From a virus (taxonomy: Duplodnaviria > Caudoviricetes): a stretch of DNA of 39,603 nt. The stretch covers positions 1-39,603 of the IMG/VR virus record IMGVR_UViG_3300020183_000194; one strand, written 5' to 3'. The notes beneath the pieces are model-generated. The model saw nothing but the letters and a program-made list of their open reading frames with translations, ran no database searches and was not told the DNA's origin. The position numbers were made by a program, and so were the translations under genes. Positions 9,701 to 19,900 of this stretch are shown in pieces. Position 1 is the stretch's first letter, and the number at the start of each line of letters is the position of its first letter.

Positions 9701-12700
9701 ATTAATATCAGAATTATCTAGAATAATGTCTGCCGATGCTTTTATGAGATTGTTTTATAAGCCAGCAGAACAAGATATCAAACAAGTTGAACAGCATATA
9801 AGACAAAATAGACAAGAATTAGTTTATTTATTAACTCCCGGAACTTTATCTGGAATATTTACTTATCTTGGAAATATAACTGGATTAGATTCTGTTAGAC
9901 AAGAATTAATTGCTATGTCAACTTTTTATACTTCTAATTCTTTAAACACAAGAAATGTTGTTTGTCTTGATCCAATTTCTCCTATTTTAGATACCGATAG
10001 AGGTTTGGGAGACGAACCGTTCACTCTACCAGATGGAGATACTATTGTTCCATCGCCAACCGATACATATAGAAATTTATTACAAGATTTATTAAGTGCC
10101 TCTCCGGAAACTTTAAAAAACAAAATAGAAGATTCAGTATTTAAACCACTTCTTATTGGAAAATTACCAAATGGAAATAATATTCCAGCAGTTGAAAAAG
10201 CCAAATCAGACATTATAAATTCAAATTTAAAAGATATTTCTACTAAATTTAAAACTGGATGTAATGATTTTTATTCTAATCTTGTAGCCAAAAAACCATT
10301 TAAAAGAAAAGTTCCAAAATTTTTAAAACAAGATGGAAATTCAGAACAATATGAAAACTCTGAATATAAAGATCTAGTAAACAAAGGTGGTTATGTAGAG
10401 GGTGGAGCACCGGATCCAATAGAGATTGAGGAAACAAAATTCGTATATGGAGCTTTGTTCTCTGACAGTTTTTACGGCTCTTCAGATAGCTTATCAATTA
10501 ATAGCACTCCGGAAAGATTAAATATAACTTTAACTGGCTCAAGGGGTTTCTCAAGTCTATCAGAAAAAGAAATGAGTCTTTCGATGTCCGGGAGCAGCTG
10601 GAAAATACAAAGTGTTATTTCTAATAATGAAAATAATATAACAATTTATCAAGGAAACTCACAAACACAAGAAGATATTAAGTTTTCTTTTGAAGTTGAT
10701 AATCAAAACATAGATACAAATTCTTTGTATGAAGATATTTTAAATTCTAGAGAAGAATTTAAAACTATGTTAAAAAATTCAATAACTGGAAATTTAAATT
10801 TTCTTTATACCTCTCAAGGTTCATTATTAGATCGATCAATATTCGACAGAGAATTTGAACAATATGCTAGTGATTCTTATGATAAATTTTTATCTTCAAT
10901 ATATCAAAAAATAACTAAAGCAATATCGGAAGACGGATTATTAAAGCCAATTAATTTAGATTCTTTACAAAAAGAAAAATACATTACTGGTATGAAGAAT
11001 GGGTTGGATACAATATTTCCAGGATTATCTCAAGCTTTACAAGGAAATTCTTTACCGCCAATAGTTAGTCCGAATATTGATACACCATTAAAATATATTA
11101 ATTTTTGTCCCAAGCCAACAAAACAGCAAAAAGAATCAAAAGTAGATCCAGGATTATTTGGAGAAATTGAATTAAAAGAATTCATTTCTGATATAATGGA
11201 TCAAAGAAGTAGTGATTTAACAAACTTAAGCGATTTACAAGATATCTTAAAAGATAAAGATAATTTATTAAAGTTTTCTTTGATAGATGGCATGTTTTTA
11301 TCTCTTGTTCGAACAGCGTGCGCTGAAATATCTTTAAGAACATTATTTCCACTAAGAGTGTTTGGATATAATAGAAAATTAATCGACGATTTAATGCTGC
11401 CAACATACATAGCTGAAACAGTATATAACGAAATAGTTTATATATCTAATTTATCAAATAAATCAAGCTTAGTAGAATTAACAGAAAAACATGTAAATTA
11501 TATACATGATTTTATATTTTCAGATGAATTAGATAAGCAAGAAAATAATAAATTATTTAGAAAAATAAAAAGACTAAAAACAGAAATTACTAGTTTAGAA
11601 GAAGATAGAAAAATTATTAATTCTTATCTAGGAAAATTATATACAGAAACAAATAAAACATCTAATCAAGATTACAAGAAAAAGATAGATAATTATATCG
11701 CTTGTTTAAGTTCTGAAATAAAAAATAAATATAAACAAATATTATTATTACAAATAAGAAACATAGCTTACAACGAATTAATAGTAATGTTTGATAAGCT
11801 TTCTTATCTCACTTCGACTAATGAAAAAGTCAAAATAGAACTTGATGGTAAATGTGCCGATATAGATCAAAATTTACAAGAAAAAGATTTCTTATCTATA
11901 TTGATACCGGAACTTTTAATTAAGTCTGATTTAAAAGAAATAACAACAGACAATACCACAGTAGATAACTTTATAGAACAACAAGAAAAGAAATACAAGC
12001 CAGGAACAAATTTAATAATAGAACATTATATTAATGTCCCGCATGTTAAATCTGAATTTTTTAATTTAGTCGCAAGACAAGATCAATTTAATTGCTTTGG
12101 CGCGCAAACATTTAGTCAATTTAAAAAGTTATTAGAATTTATTCCAAATAATAATGAATTAAATTCTTATTTTAATCAAGATTTAACTTATAGAATGAGA
12201 ATGGTATACATTCCAGATACGGAATTGAAACCAGAAACATCAATAAATTTTGATTTTAATTTAAATGAGAGAGAAGGCAGAGGATTAATAACTGAAAATC
12301 TCAATTCGCTTTATAGTGAGCGAAAAAATAGATTTTGGATGAATAACCTAACGATAGATGCCATTAACAATGGATATGATAAAACTTATGCTATTCCATT
12401 TATGGGTCCACAATTGAGAGAGGGACAAAGAAAATTTGGTGTTATTAATGCTTTCCCAATAATAAAAGAAGAACAATCGCTAAGTCTTGCTGGTATCAAT
12501 ACCGCTTCTGATATGCTAGTGTTAATACCAACATTACAAAGAGGTGAATCAAATATTCTTACGAATTTATTAAAAACAAAAATTTCTTGTAATGAAAAAT
12601 TAAAACAATTTTATTCAATATTTACAAATGAAAATTTACTTTCTAATTTAACAATATTATCAAGCGCACAAATACTTTCTGATGATAAAATTGTTGGCTC

Positions 12701-13262
12701 CTTTAGAACTACGAGAAAATTAATAATAAATAATATTTTTACAAAAATGTTATCAATTTATAATGAAAACGATTTGATGGATTTATTTGAAAAAATGTCT
12801 AGTCCTCAATACTTTAAAGACTTTAATGCGGATGCTATTCCAAAAATATCTTTAAAGGCCGCGATATATGTTCTTCAATATTATTGTCAAATGACGGATC
12901 CAAATATAAGTTTGGCTTTGTTAATAAGAAATGCTGTTAAGTTATCTTTGAGTGTTGCTTCTCAAATACCAAATCCTTTTGGTGGCCCAACGGTTCCATC
13001 AGAATTGCCGCTAGAATTAAGTCCACTAGCAATATATTCTTTGGCGCAATTACCAATAACTCTTTTTGGTATTCCACCAGCAGGTATAGGTGTTGGACCG
13101 CCACTAACAATACCAGGCATGGTTTTACTTGGGGCGGATTTATTGCTTCTTTCGCTAGAATTTTCAGACAATCTAGATATAAACATAGAAAATGAAAAAA
13201 TCAAAGAAGAGTTAAGAAATTATTGTATTGATTTATCTGGCTATAAAAAATATGGAGTGTGA
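6777..13262 (+). CDS. 2161-aa hypothetical virion-associated protein with hydrophobic segments
   Basis: Uninterrupted ORF between the spike and gp25, with coiled-coil-like and hydrophobic stretches. No recognised domain. Confidence 0.8.
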   Translation: MRTPQQKNILTTSFSVDLSTIDKKVDKLVRYLKNCDIDLKDDGKDFISFQPTYKTIINSLDKRKYKESLSTLVYNIYFRRFNETRTNLILQGLMSNTDLVLQQPLDDFGSRFDAFAATNTDPNNTILNLLGVNPYRDLKVDIFEESEIKTYLQNVATASYDYNNLNFLLTKLDSITYAYVDVNGIYEISSVNYSKEIKEKILSIKSSVSSSNPDEQQILYNLVEKIPNLSIADNLIFSYLYELNDTSKDKIFPDNNIQAVMSAYPAQEIGSVIGEKLLKDQIENTDVKYDIKVIEKARIKLIDYLIRTEIKKSLQEKLSSITFLSDFKSKYDYYNFAEQRLYSSTESLNIKKENLFFRITFLRQTEQVLLQEKEQGISNLNIEFVNKQFLKFESPFGSLDKSNKFVAIIGGSDIAENQYSFDFFNPTILSILSDIEYIDLNIFEIDPFYCPTPQSLQENTRINREKYQNNQIIEDASPLTKDKNFVDSNPQAFNYINFPNLYFIPNNYPDAISFYESIETKLSRNKAENLIFENSKYYYESSADTPSAILIRDPNSNQLFREALLNNGFFGLYEAKRDSFSDPNSIQQIIDKIGGLSAQIEQAGRQSLSGLQDIIFARTNLSCLLKEFQTCFLPKIGNCRDILRGFRFSELESMFNRAFPESLYVELYKDIKQFKIDNLKDEREKKLLKEIRDLERAIENNERKRIVFIELDKRTDPGEALNIADRTITSNIQIDGSLQQTYESKLKQYKDLKLNQESSQQNALDKIKARKEMDLDELRFIDDFLDLVETKYGINTEILCSIVDLFNISPMFGTIQLPQLPEIDIFQELKLSLDLAVVQIIFDGIVAFIVKILQELLTCGGIKNLIGAALTGEAEGSITGAAAAALNQLGRGRFDLDDFVSSNPQIDPVAYQKAFKNVSKTLNPVAIQETAQLDINADLGIGKANISSRSKTLQVLSVAKSSATTEVEIQQSLTILISELSRIMSADAFMRLFYKPAEQDIKQVEQHIRQNRQELVYLLTPGTLSGIFTYLGNITGLDSVRQELIAMSTFYTSNSLNTRNVVCLDPISPILDTDRGLGDEPFTLPDGDTIVPSPTDTYRNLLQDLLSASPETLKNKIEDSVFKPLLIGKLPNGNNIPAVEKAKSDIINSNLKDISTKFKTGCNDFYSNLVAKKPFKRKVPKFLKQDGNSEQYENSEYKDLVNKGGYVEGGAPDPIEIEETKFVYGALFSDSFYGSSDSLSINSTPERLNITLTGSRGFSSLSEKEMSLSMSGSSWKIQSVISNNENNITIYQGNSQTQEDIKFSFEVDNQNIDTNSLYEDILNSREEFKTMLKNSITGNLNFLYTSQGSLLDRSIFDREFEQYASDSYDKFLSSIYQKITKAISEDGLLKPINLDSLQKEKYITGMKNGLDTIFPGLSQALQGNSLPPIVSPNIDTPLKYINFCPKPTKQQKESKVDPGLFGEIELKEFISDIMDQRSSDLTNLSDLQDILKDKDNLLKFSLIDGMFLSLVRTACAEISLRTLFPLRVFGYNRKLIDDLMLPTYIAETVYNEIVYISNLSNKSSLVELTEKHVNYIHDFIFSDELDKQENNKLFRKIKRLKTEITSLEEDRKIINSYLGKLYTETNKTSNQDYKKKIDNYIACLSSEIKNKYKQILLLQIRNIAYNELIVMFDKLSYLTSTNEKVKIELDGKCADIDQNLQEKDFLSILIPELLIKSDLKEITTDNTTVDNFIEQQEKKYKPGTNLIIEHYINVPHVKSEFFNLVARQDQFNCFGAQTFSQFKKLLEFIPNNNELNSYFNQDLTYRMRMVYIPDTELKPETSINFDFNLNEREGRGLITENLNSLYSERKNRFWMNNLTIDAINNGYDKTYAIPFMGPQLREGQRKFGVINAFPIIKEEQSLSLAGINTASDMLVLIPTLQRGESNILTNLLKTKISCNEKLKQFYSIFTNENLLSNLTILSSAQILSDDKIVGSFRTTRKLIINNIFTKMLSIYNENDLMDLFEKMSSPQYFKDFNADAIPKISLKAAIYVLQYYCQMTDPNISLALLIRNAVKLSLSVASQIPNPFGGPTVPSELPLELSPLAIYSLAQLPITLFGIPPAGIGVGPPLTIPGMVLLGADLLLLSLEFSDNLDINIENEKIKEELRNYCIDLSGYKKYGV

Positions 13263-13285
13263 TAATTATTGTAGGAAAATAATAT

Positions 13286-13675
13286 ATGGCTGGATATGGA
13301 CCAAAATTACCTTTAAAACTCGGAACAGAACAAGGCTACACTTTAATTTCTGATTTAAAAACATTAAGCAAACAAAACTTCTTGATGCTCCTATTGACAA
13401 ATCCAGGTGAAAGAATAATGGATAGCAATTTTGGAGTTGGAGTAAGAAGATTGCTATTTGAAAATTATAGTCCTATATTGAAAACAAATTTCGAACAAAG
13501 ACTTAGAAATCAAATTCAAGTATATGCTCCTTATATAAGCATACGAAATATAGATTATGGAAATACCAATATAGATGGTTCCTTGCTGAGTGTTGTAATA
13601 ACTTATTTTATAATACCTCTCGGGGATAGTGTAAATTTAACCATAGAATCAAATGGTAATATTATAACTTCATGA
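13286..13675 (+). CDS. Baseplate wedge protein gp25 (GPW/gp25 family)
   Basis: KQNFLMLLLTNPGERIMDSNFGVGV.RLLFE signature; 129 aa. Confidence 0.93.
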   Translation: MAGYGPKLPLKLGTEQGYTLISDLKTLSKQNFLMLLLTNPGERIMDSNFGVGVRRLLFENYSPILKTNFEQRLRNQIQVYAPYISIRNIDYGNTNIDGSLLSVVITYFIIPLGDSVNLTIESNGNIITS

Positions 13676-13679
13676 AGTT

Positions 13680-13688
13680 CTATTTATA
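13680..13688 (+). promoter_or_regulatory. Putative late promoter CTATTTATA
   Basis: Intergenic, followed by SD AGAGGA (13691) and ATG 13704. The identical 9-mer occurs at 35055 and 39462. Confidence 0.6.
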
Positions 13689-13703
13689 ATAGAGGATTTT
13701 TTA

Positions 13704-15506
13704 ATGCCCAAGAAAAACATACCAATTGATTATTTGGCTAGAGATTTCCAATCTATAAAAGATGCTCTCGTTGAGCATGCGAAAAAATATTATCCCGATA
13801 CTTATAAGGATTTTAGTGAAGTTGGATTTGGAAGCTTGATGCTTGATACAGTTTCATATGTGGGCGATAATTTATCTTTTTATCTAGATTATACGGCTAA
13901 TGAAACTTTTTTAGATACAGCATCCGAATTTGATAATATTCTTAAACTATCAAAACCTTTTGGATTTAAATATACAGAAAACCCATCTTCCCATGGTGTA
14001 GCAACATTTTTTATTTTAGTTCCAGCAAATGCCGCTGGTAATGCCCCAGACGAAAATTATCTGCCAATTTTAAAAAAGAATAGCGTATTTAAAAATAGAA
14101 CTGGCACTTCTTTTTCTCTTATAGATGATGTTTATTTCAATAGAGCAGATAACGAAGTTGTTGTTGGTACAGTAAACGAAACAACCGGTTTGCCATTAAC
14201 TTATGCTGTAAAAGCACACGGAAGAGTTCAATCGGGATATTTAACGCAAGTATTCTATGATGTTGGCGAATATCAAAGATTTTTAAAAATACCCGTAAAT
14301 ATTGATTATCTAACTGAAATAGTATCAGTTGTCGACTTAGATGGTAATGAATATTATGAAGTTGATTATTTAAGTCAAGATATCGTTTATCGCTCTATAT
14401 TGAATAGAGATAATAATGATAGTAATACAGAAGTTAAAAGTATATTAAAACCATTTTCCGTTCCAAGAAGATTTATAACTGTAAGAGAAAAAAATAAAAC
14501 ATTTTTACAATTTGGAACTGGCGATGCCACAGGTGAAACTTATAATTCTGAATTAATTGATCCATCAGCAGTTTCGTTGGAAATATATGGAAAAAACTAC
14601 ATCTCAGATCGAGACTTTGATCCAAATAATCTTATAAGATCAGATAAACTCGGCGTTGTTCCATCTAATACCACTTTAAGGATTATTGCTCGCGCAAACA
14701 ATTCAGATAACGTTAATACTGGAGCTGGGACTTTAGTTTCTGTTGGCAGTGCTTTGTTTGATTTTGGAGACGCAAGAAGTCTTGATACAACAAAAATAAA
14801 CTCTGTTCGTGCTTCGCTTGAAGTAAATAACGAAGAGCCAATAGTCGGTGATACTCCACTTATAAATTCAGAAGAACTTAAATTTAGAGTTTATAATACC
14901 TTTGGTTCTCAGAATAGAGCCGTAACGGAAAAAGATTATGAAGCACTCATTTATAATATGCCACCGGAATTTGGCAGCATAAAAAGATCTTCAATAGTTA
15001 GAGATTATGATTCTTTTAAAAGAAATATAAATATTTATGTTGTATCAGAAGATTCAGCTGGCACACTAACAAACAGCAATCAATCTATTAAAGAAAACAT
15101 AAAAGTTTGGCTCAATAAAAACAAGATGATAAATGATACAATTGATATTTTGGACGCTAAAATTGTTAATTTATCAATTAAATTTAGTGTTGTTTCAGAT
15201 TTAGAAGCAGACAATTCTCAAGTTTTAAGAGATTGTATTTCTGCTCTTCAAAGAGAATATTCTAAAACAAAATTTATTGGGGAAGCATTCTTTATAAGTG
15301 ATGTTTACACTATATTAAAAAATGTTCAAGGCGTAAACGATGTCAAAAATGTTAAAGTAGAACAAAAAAATGGCTTAAATTACTCTGATGTATTTTTTGA
15401 TGTAAACAGATTTATGTCTAGAGACGGAAGATACATAGAAGCGCCAAAAAATGTTATATTTGAAATAAGATTTTTAAATTCTGATATATATGGAGAAATT
15501 AGTTGA
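13704..15506 (+). CDS. Baseplate wedge subunit (T4 gp6/Baseplate-J-like)
   Basis: DYLARDFQSIKDAL, YVGDNLSFYLD..ANETFLDTA, LQFGTG, QNRAVTEKDYE; follows gp25. Confidence 0.9.
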   Translation: MPKKNIPIDYLARDFQSIKDALVEHAKKYYPDTYKDFSEVGFGSLMLDTVSYVGDNLSFYLDYTANETFLDTASEFDNILKLSKPFGFKYTENPSSHGVATFFILVPANAAGNAPDENYLPILKKNSVFKNRTGTSFSLIDDVYFNRADNEVVVGTVNETTGLPLTYAVKAHGRVQSGYLTQVFYDVGEYQRFLKIPVNIDYLTEIVSVVDLDGNEYYEVDYLSQDIVYRSILNRDNNDSNTEVKSILKPFSVPRRFITVREKNKTFLQFGTGDATGETYNSELIDPSAVSLEIYGKNYISDRDFDPNNLIRSDKLGVVPSNTTLRIIARANNSDNVNTGAGTLVSVGSALFDFGDARSLDTTKINSVRASLEVNNEEPIVGDTPLINSEELKFRVYNTFGSQNRAVTEKDYEALIYNMPPEFGSIKRSSIVRDYDSFKRNINIYVVSEDSAGTLTNSNQSIKENIKVWLNKNKMINDTIDILDAKIVNLSIKFSVVSDLEADNSQVLRDCISALQREYSKTKFIGEAFFISDVYTILKNVQGVNDVKNVKVEQKNGLNYSDVFFDVNRFMSRDGRYIEAPKNVIFEIRFLNSDIYGEIS

Positions 15507-16930
15507 TGTCTATTAAAAGATACATAGCAGAAAAAGATACAACTATAACTGATGCCTATAAGCAGAATCAGACAAGTCGAGGCACCCTTTCAAATATGGG
15601 AGCTTCTGACACTTTAGAAATATTTTCTATATATGGCCAAATAACGAGTAGTTCTTATGAAAAAGCAAGAGCATTGGTTCAGTTTCCAATATCAGATATA
15701 GTTTCGGATAGAAATAATAAAATAATTGCCGCAAGTGGAAGTTGTCAATTTATATTAAAACTAAGCAATGCTTCACACAGCGATCCCACTCCAGATAATA
15801 TAACTGTTGCGATTGCTGCTGTTTCCGGAACTTGGCAAGAAGGTATTGGCTTAGATATGGAAGGTTATACTGATATTGGAGCGGCAAATTGGATTAGTGC
15901 TTCTTCAACATCAGCTTGGGTAAATCAAGGTGGAGATACTTATAGTTCTTCTTTAGAGTATTTAATAGAAAACTCAACTGACGACTTAGAAGTTGATATA
16001 ACTAATTTTGTAGAAAATTGGATATCTAATTCAATTCCAAATAACGGCTTCTTAATATCGCTCTCCTCGTTGCTTGAGGGAGACACAGAATCTTATTATG
16101 TTAAAAAGTTTTTTGCCAGAAGAAGTGAATTTTTTTATAAAAAACCTTGGATAGAAGTTCGAAGTAATTCGGCAATTAAAGATAAGAGAAATAATTTTTA
16201 TTTAAGTAGCGATTTGTTGTCATCACAAGATAATTTAAATACATTATTTTTAGTTAACAGTGTTAGAGGACAACTTAAAAACATTCCTTCTGTTGGAACT
16301 GGAACATTATTAGTTAGTTTATATACTGGAACAATAACAAGTGGTCCAACAGGTATTCCTTTAGCTTTATTAAATGGTTCGGCTACAGTTATAACTGGTG
16401 GATATTATTCAACTGGAGTTTATACTGCTTCTGTTGGATTGAGCGGAAATTATGAACACATTTATGATGTTTGGTCAAATCTTAGTGGCAATCAATTATA
16501 TACTGGTTCAGTAATATATACAAATACATATGACGGTTCGGATGATAGCCAAGTTCCGGAATATATTTTGTCGATGCCACAATTAAGACAAAGTTATAGA
16601 AATTCTGAGTTCTCTAAAATGAGAGTTGAAATAAAAAATAAAATGTGGGATTCCAATATTTATCATATTGCCGCATATGAATCAGAAAAAACAAATATAG
16701 AAAATTTATATTATAAGATCATTAGATTGGCTGATAACTATGAAGTTATTTCATATGGTACGGGAACATATAAGCACACTCTAACTTCCTATGATAGTGA
16801 AGGAAACTATTTTGATCTTGATATGAATTTATTTGAACCGGGCTACGCTTATAAGTTATCATTTGGTTTCGAATATAATGGTTCGTTTTATGAAGCAAAA
16901 GAATCATTTAAATTTAGGGTTGATAAATAA
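15506..16930 (+). CDS. Virion structural protein with DNRLRE-like N-terminal domain
   Basis: KDTTI...NMGASDTLEI...RALVQF...WQEG.G...ANW...W.NQGGD...DITNFVENW...NNGFLI...KPWIEV. Start at ATG 15506 (TGATG coupling). Confidence 0.65.
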   Translation: MSIKRYIAEKDTTITDAYKQNQTSRGTLSNMGASDTLEIFSIYGQITSSSYEKARALVQFPISDIVSDRNNKIIAASGSCQFILKLSNASHSDPTPDNITVAIAAVSGTWQEGIGLDMEGYTDIGAANWISASSTSAWVNQGGDTYSSSLEYLIENSTDDLEVDITNFVENWISNSIPNNGFLISLSSLLEGDTESYYVKKFFARRSEFFYKKPWIEVRSNSAIKDKRNNFYLSSDLLSSQDNLNTLFLVNSVRGQLKNIPSVGTGTLLVSLYTGTITSGPTGIPLALLNGSATVITGGYYSTGVYTASVGLSGNYEHIYDVWSNLSGNQLYTGSVIYTNTYDGSDDSQVPEYILSMPQLRQSYRNSEFSKMRVEIKNKMWDSNIYHIAAYESEKTNIENLYYKIIRLADNYEVISYGTGTYKHTLTSYDSEGNYFDLDMNLFEPGYAYKLSFGFEYNGSFYEAKESFKFRVDK

Positions 16931-19900
16931 TGTCTTTAAAAGATTTATTCGGCAAGAAATCAACAAAAATTCTAACTTCTACTAATTTTGAAGATTTATC
17001 TAAAGATGTAGAGTCGACTGAATATATTGTTCAAGAATTAGAAGAACGAAAATTAATAAAACCCGAAATCGATTATACTGATCCTAAAAATTTTGCTTTT
17101 TTCGGTTCAGCAAACAAATATTATACAGATGCCATAGAATCGATAGCCAAGAAATATCCCTATGATGGAAGTTCGGCAGAAAAATTAAAATGGGTAAAAA
17201 ACTCTTCTGATTTACAAAATTATATTTTCGATAATGAATATCCAAGAAATAATGGCTATATAAATCTTGGATTTGTTTACGGAGCAACATCATCAGTATC
17301 AACAGACAATTATTCTAATCCAGCCAATAAAGAATATATATCAATAAAAGGTGGTCCAAATACAGCACAAAATTTAGATTCATTTAAAGTTTCCAAGTTA
17401 TTTGGAACATCTAATATTTTAGACGCAAATGAAAATAGAGAAAGTAATTTACTTTTAGACGGAGACAACGGAATAACTGTTGAATTTTGGTTAAAGAAAA
17501 ATAATCTTAGTGGTAGTTCTAAACAAGTTGTATTTGATCTTTGGAATAGCAGTAGTTTTGGAAGTGATTATGGAAGATTTAGATTAGAAATACATCCAGG
17601 AATAAGTGGCGAAGAAAACGAATTTTTTATCGAAATGTCTTCTGGTTCTGATGGAATTTCACAATTTCCTATAGGACAAAATTTAAATATTTGTAGTGGT
17701 AGTTGGCACCATTATTCTTTGTCAGCAATAAATAGTGGAAGTAATATAGAGTTTAAGCTTTTCTTAGACGGAATATTGAATGAAAAAGTTATAACAGGTA
17801 GTTCAATATCAAGGGTATATGGTCCAATGCTTGGTTATATAGGATCTCTTGGAACTGCTGTCAGTGGTGGAAATGCTGACTTAGGTTATGGTAAACTATC
17901 TGGTTCGTTAGATGAGTTTAGATATTGGAAATCAAAAAGAACAGAGAAAGAAATTTCTCGTTTCTGGTTTACCGATGTTAATGGTGGAACAAATACAGAC
18001 ACAGCCAATACTGATCTTGGTGTATATTATAAATTTAATGAAGGAATTTACGATACAACCTCAACAGATACAAGATACGACAATAAAATTTTAGATTATT
18101 CTGGTAGATTTTCTAATGGATTTTGGACTGGATATATTTCTGGAAGTCGTTCAACAAATTCGGCAATTGTCGAATCTTCTGCTGCACCAAAAGAATTTAA
18201 AGATCCAGTTATCTATCTAACTCATCCGGATGTTCAATCATTATTGATAGAAAAACAAGAACTGGGAACATTACACGATAATAACAATAGTTCTATGATT
18301 TATTATACTGTCCCGGCTTGGATAGTTGAAGACGATCAAAAAAATGATAGTAATAAATTATATGAATTAACTCAAATAATTGGCTCATATTTTGATGAAT
18401 TGTTTATTAAAATAAAATATCTGCCCTCAATAAAAAAAGTATCTTATAGAAATGGAAGAGCTTTTCCATATGCGATGAAACTTCTTGAATCTATGGGTTT
18501 CATGACACAAGATTTGTTTACAAATTCAAGTATATTAGAAAATCTTGGCAATAGAAATGAAAATGTTTTGTATGAAGAAAGATTGTTTAATATAAAAAAT
18601 CATATATATCAAAACATTTATAACAATCTATCTTATATTCAAAAATCAAAAGGAACAGAAAAATCAATAAGAAATTTATTGAGGTGTTTTGGTGTTGATG
18701 AAGAATTAATAAAACTTAATATATATTCGAATGATTCTGTTTATACTTTTGATGATAGATTTTTAAACACATATTATAAGAAAAAACTTATAAATTTTAA
18801 CGATCAAGACAGAGTTCAAGGCACCATCTATCAGATGACATCAAGTGTTGATGCTAATTCAACTTCGTTTATACTTGGAGACTCACAATTATCATATTAT
18901 GGCTCAACATTAGAAGCAGAAATAGTTGTGCCACTAAATTTTTCTCCATCTGAAAAATTTTATTTTCCAAAAAACTTTTTAACTTCTTCTGTTCTTGGTG
19001 TTCACTCTGCGAATCCATCTTCTCCCGGCGATACAACTTGGAACGGCTCAGACTTATCGAGTTTACAAATTTATATTATTAAGCCAGATATGGATTCAAG
19101 TGATGGCTATTTCCAATTAACATCTTCTTACTTGGGAATTAATTTAACTTCATCTTTTATAAAAGATTTATATACAAATCAAAAATGGAATATTGCTGTT
19201 AAATTAAAGCATGAAAAATATCCAAACAGCTTAAAGGTTATTGGTGCCGATGTTGGAGATTATATATTTGAATTTTATGCTATAAACACAATTCAAGACT
19301 TCATACAACAAGAAATATATTTAACAGCTTCAGTACCAGAAGCAATAGCAGAAAATTATTTTGCTGATTCAAAAAGAATATATGCTGGTAGTCATCGACA
19401 AAACTTTACCGGTTCTATATTACAAAATAGCGATATAAAACTATCAAGTGTTAGATATTGGCTTTCTTATCTTGAAAACGACATTATAAAACAGCATGCG
19501 AAAGATCCGTTAATATTCGGACAAAGTTCTCCAATATCAAATATAGAAACTCTTTACAGCGGCGGTTTAAATGAACTACCACAACATAAAACCCTTGCTT
19601 TACATTGGGATTTTAATCTTGTAAGTGGCTCTGATAATGGAACTGGAGTAGGTCCAACAAATTCATTTGACGCCAAATTTACAGTTTTAGATGTATCTAG
19701 CGGTTCTTTGACAAACAACTATGGATTAATCGGGCAAATAGCAAATAAAACTTATACCGGTGTTGGTGATTTCTTTTTTAGAAATAATAATGATATGGTA
19801 GAAAGTGGTTATATTTCTATTGCGAAACATAGATTACCAGAAAATATGATGAATTCTGATTTAATAAATATATTAAATCAAGACGATGAAATATTTACGC

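Noticed and set aside
6777-13262. Tape measure protein or intein-containing gene
   Set aside because: Lacks the Ala/Gly-rich periodic repeats of tape measures, and no intein splice or LAGLIDADG motifs were noticed.
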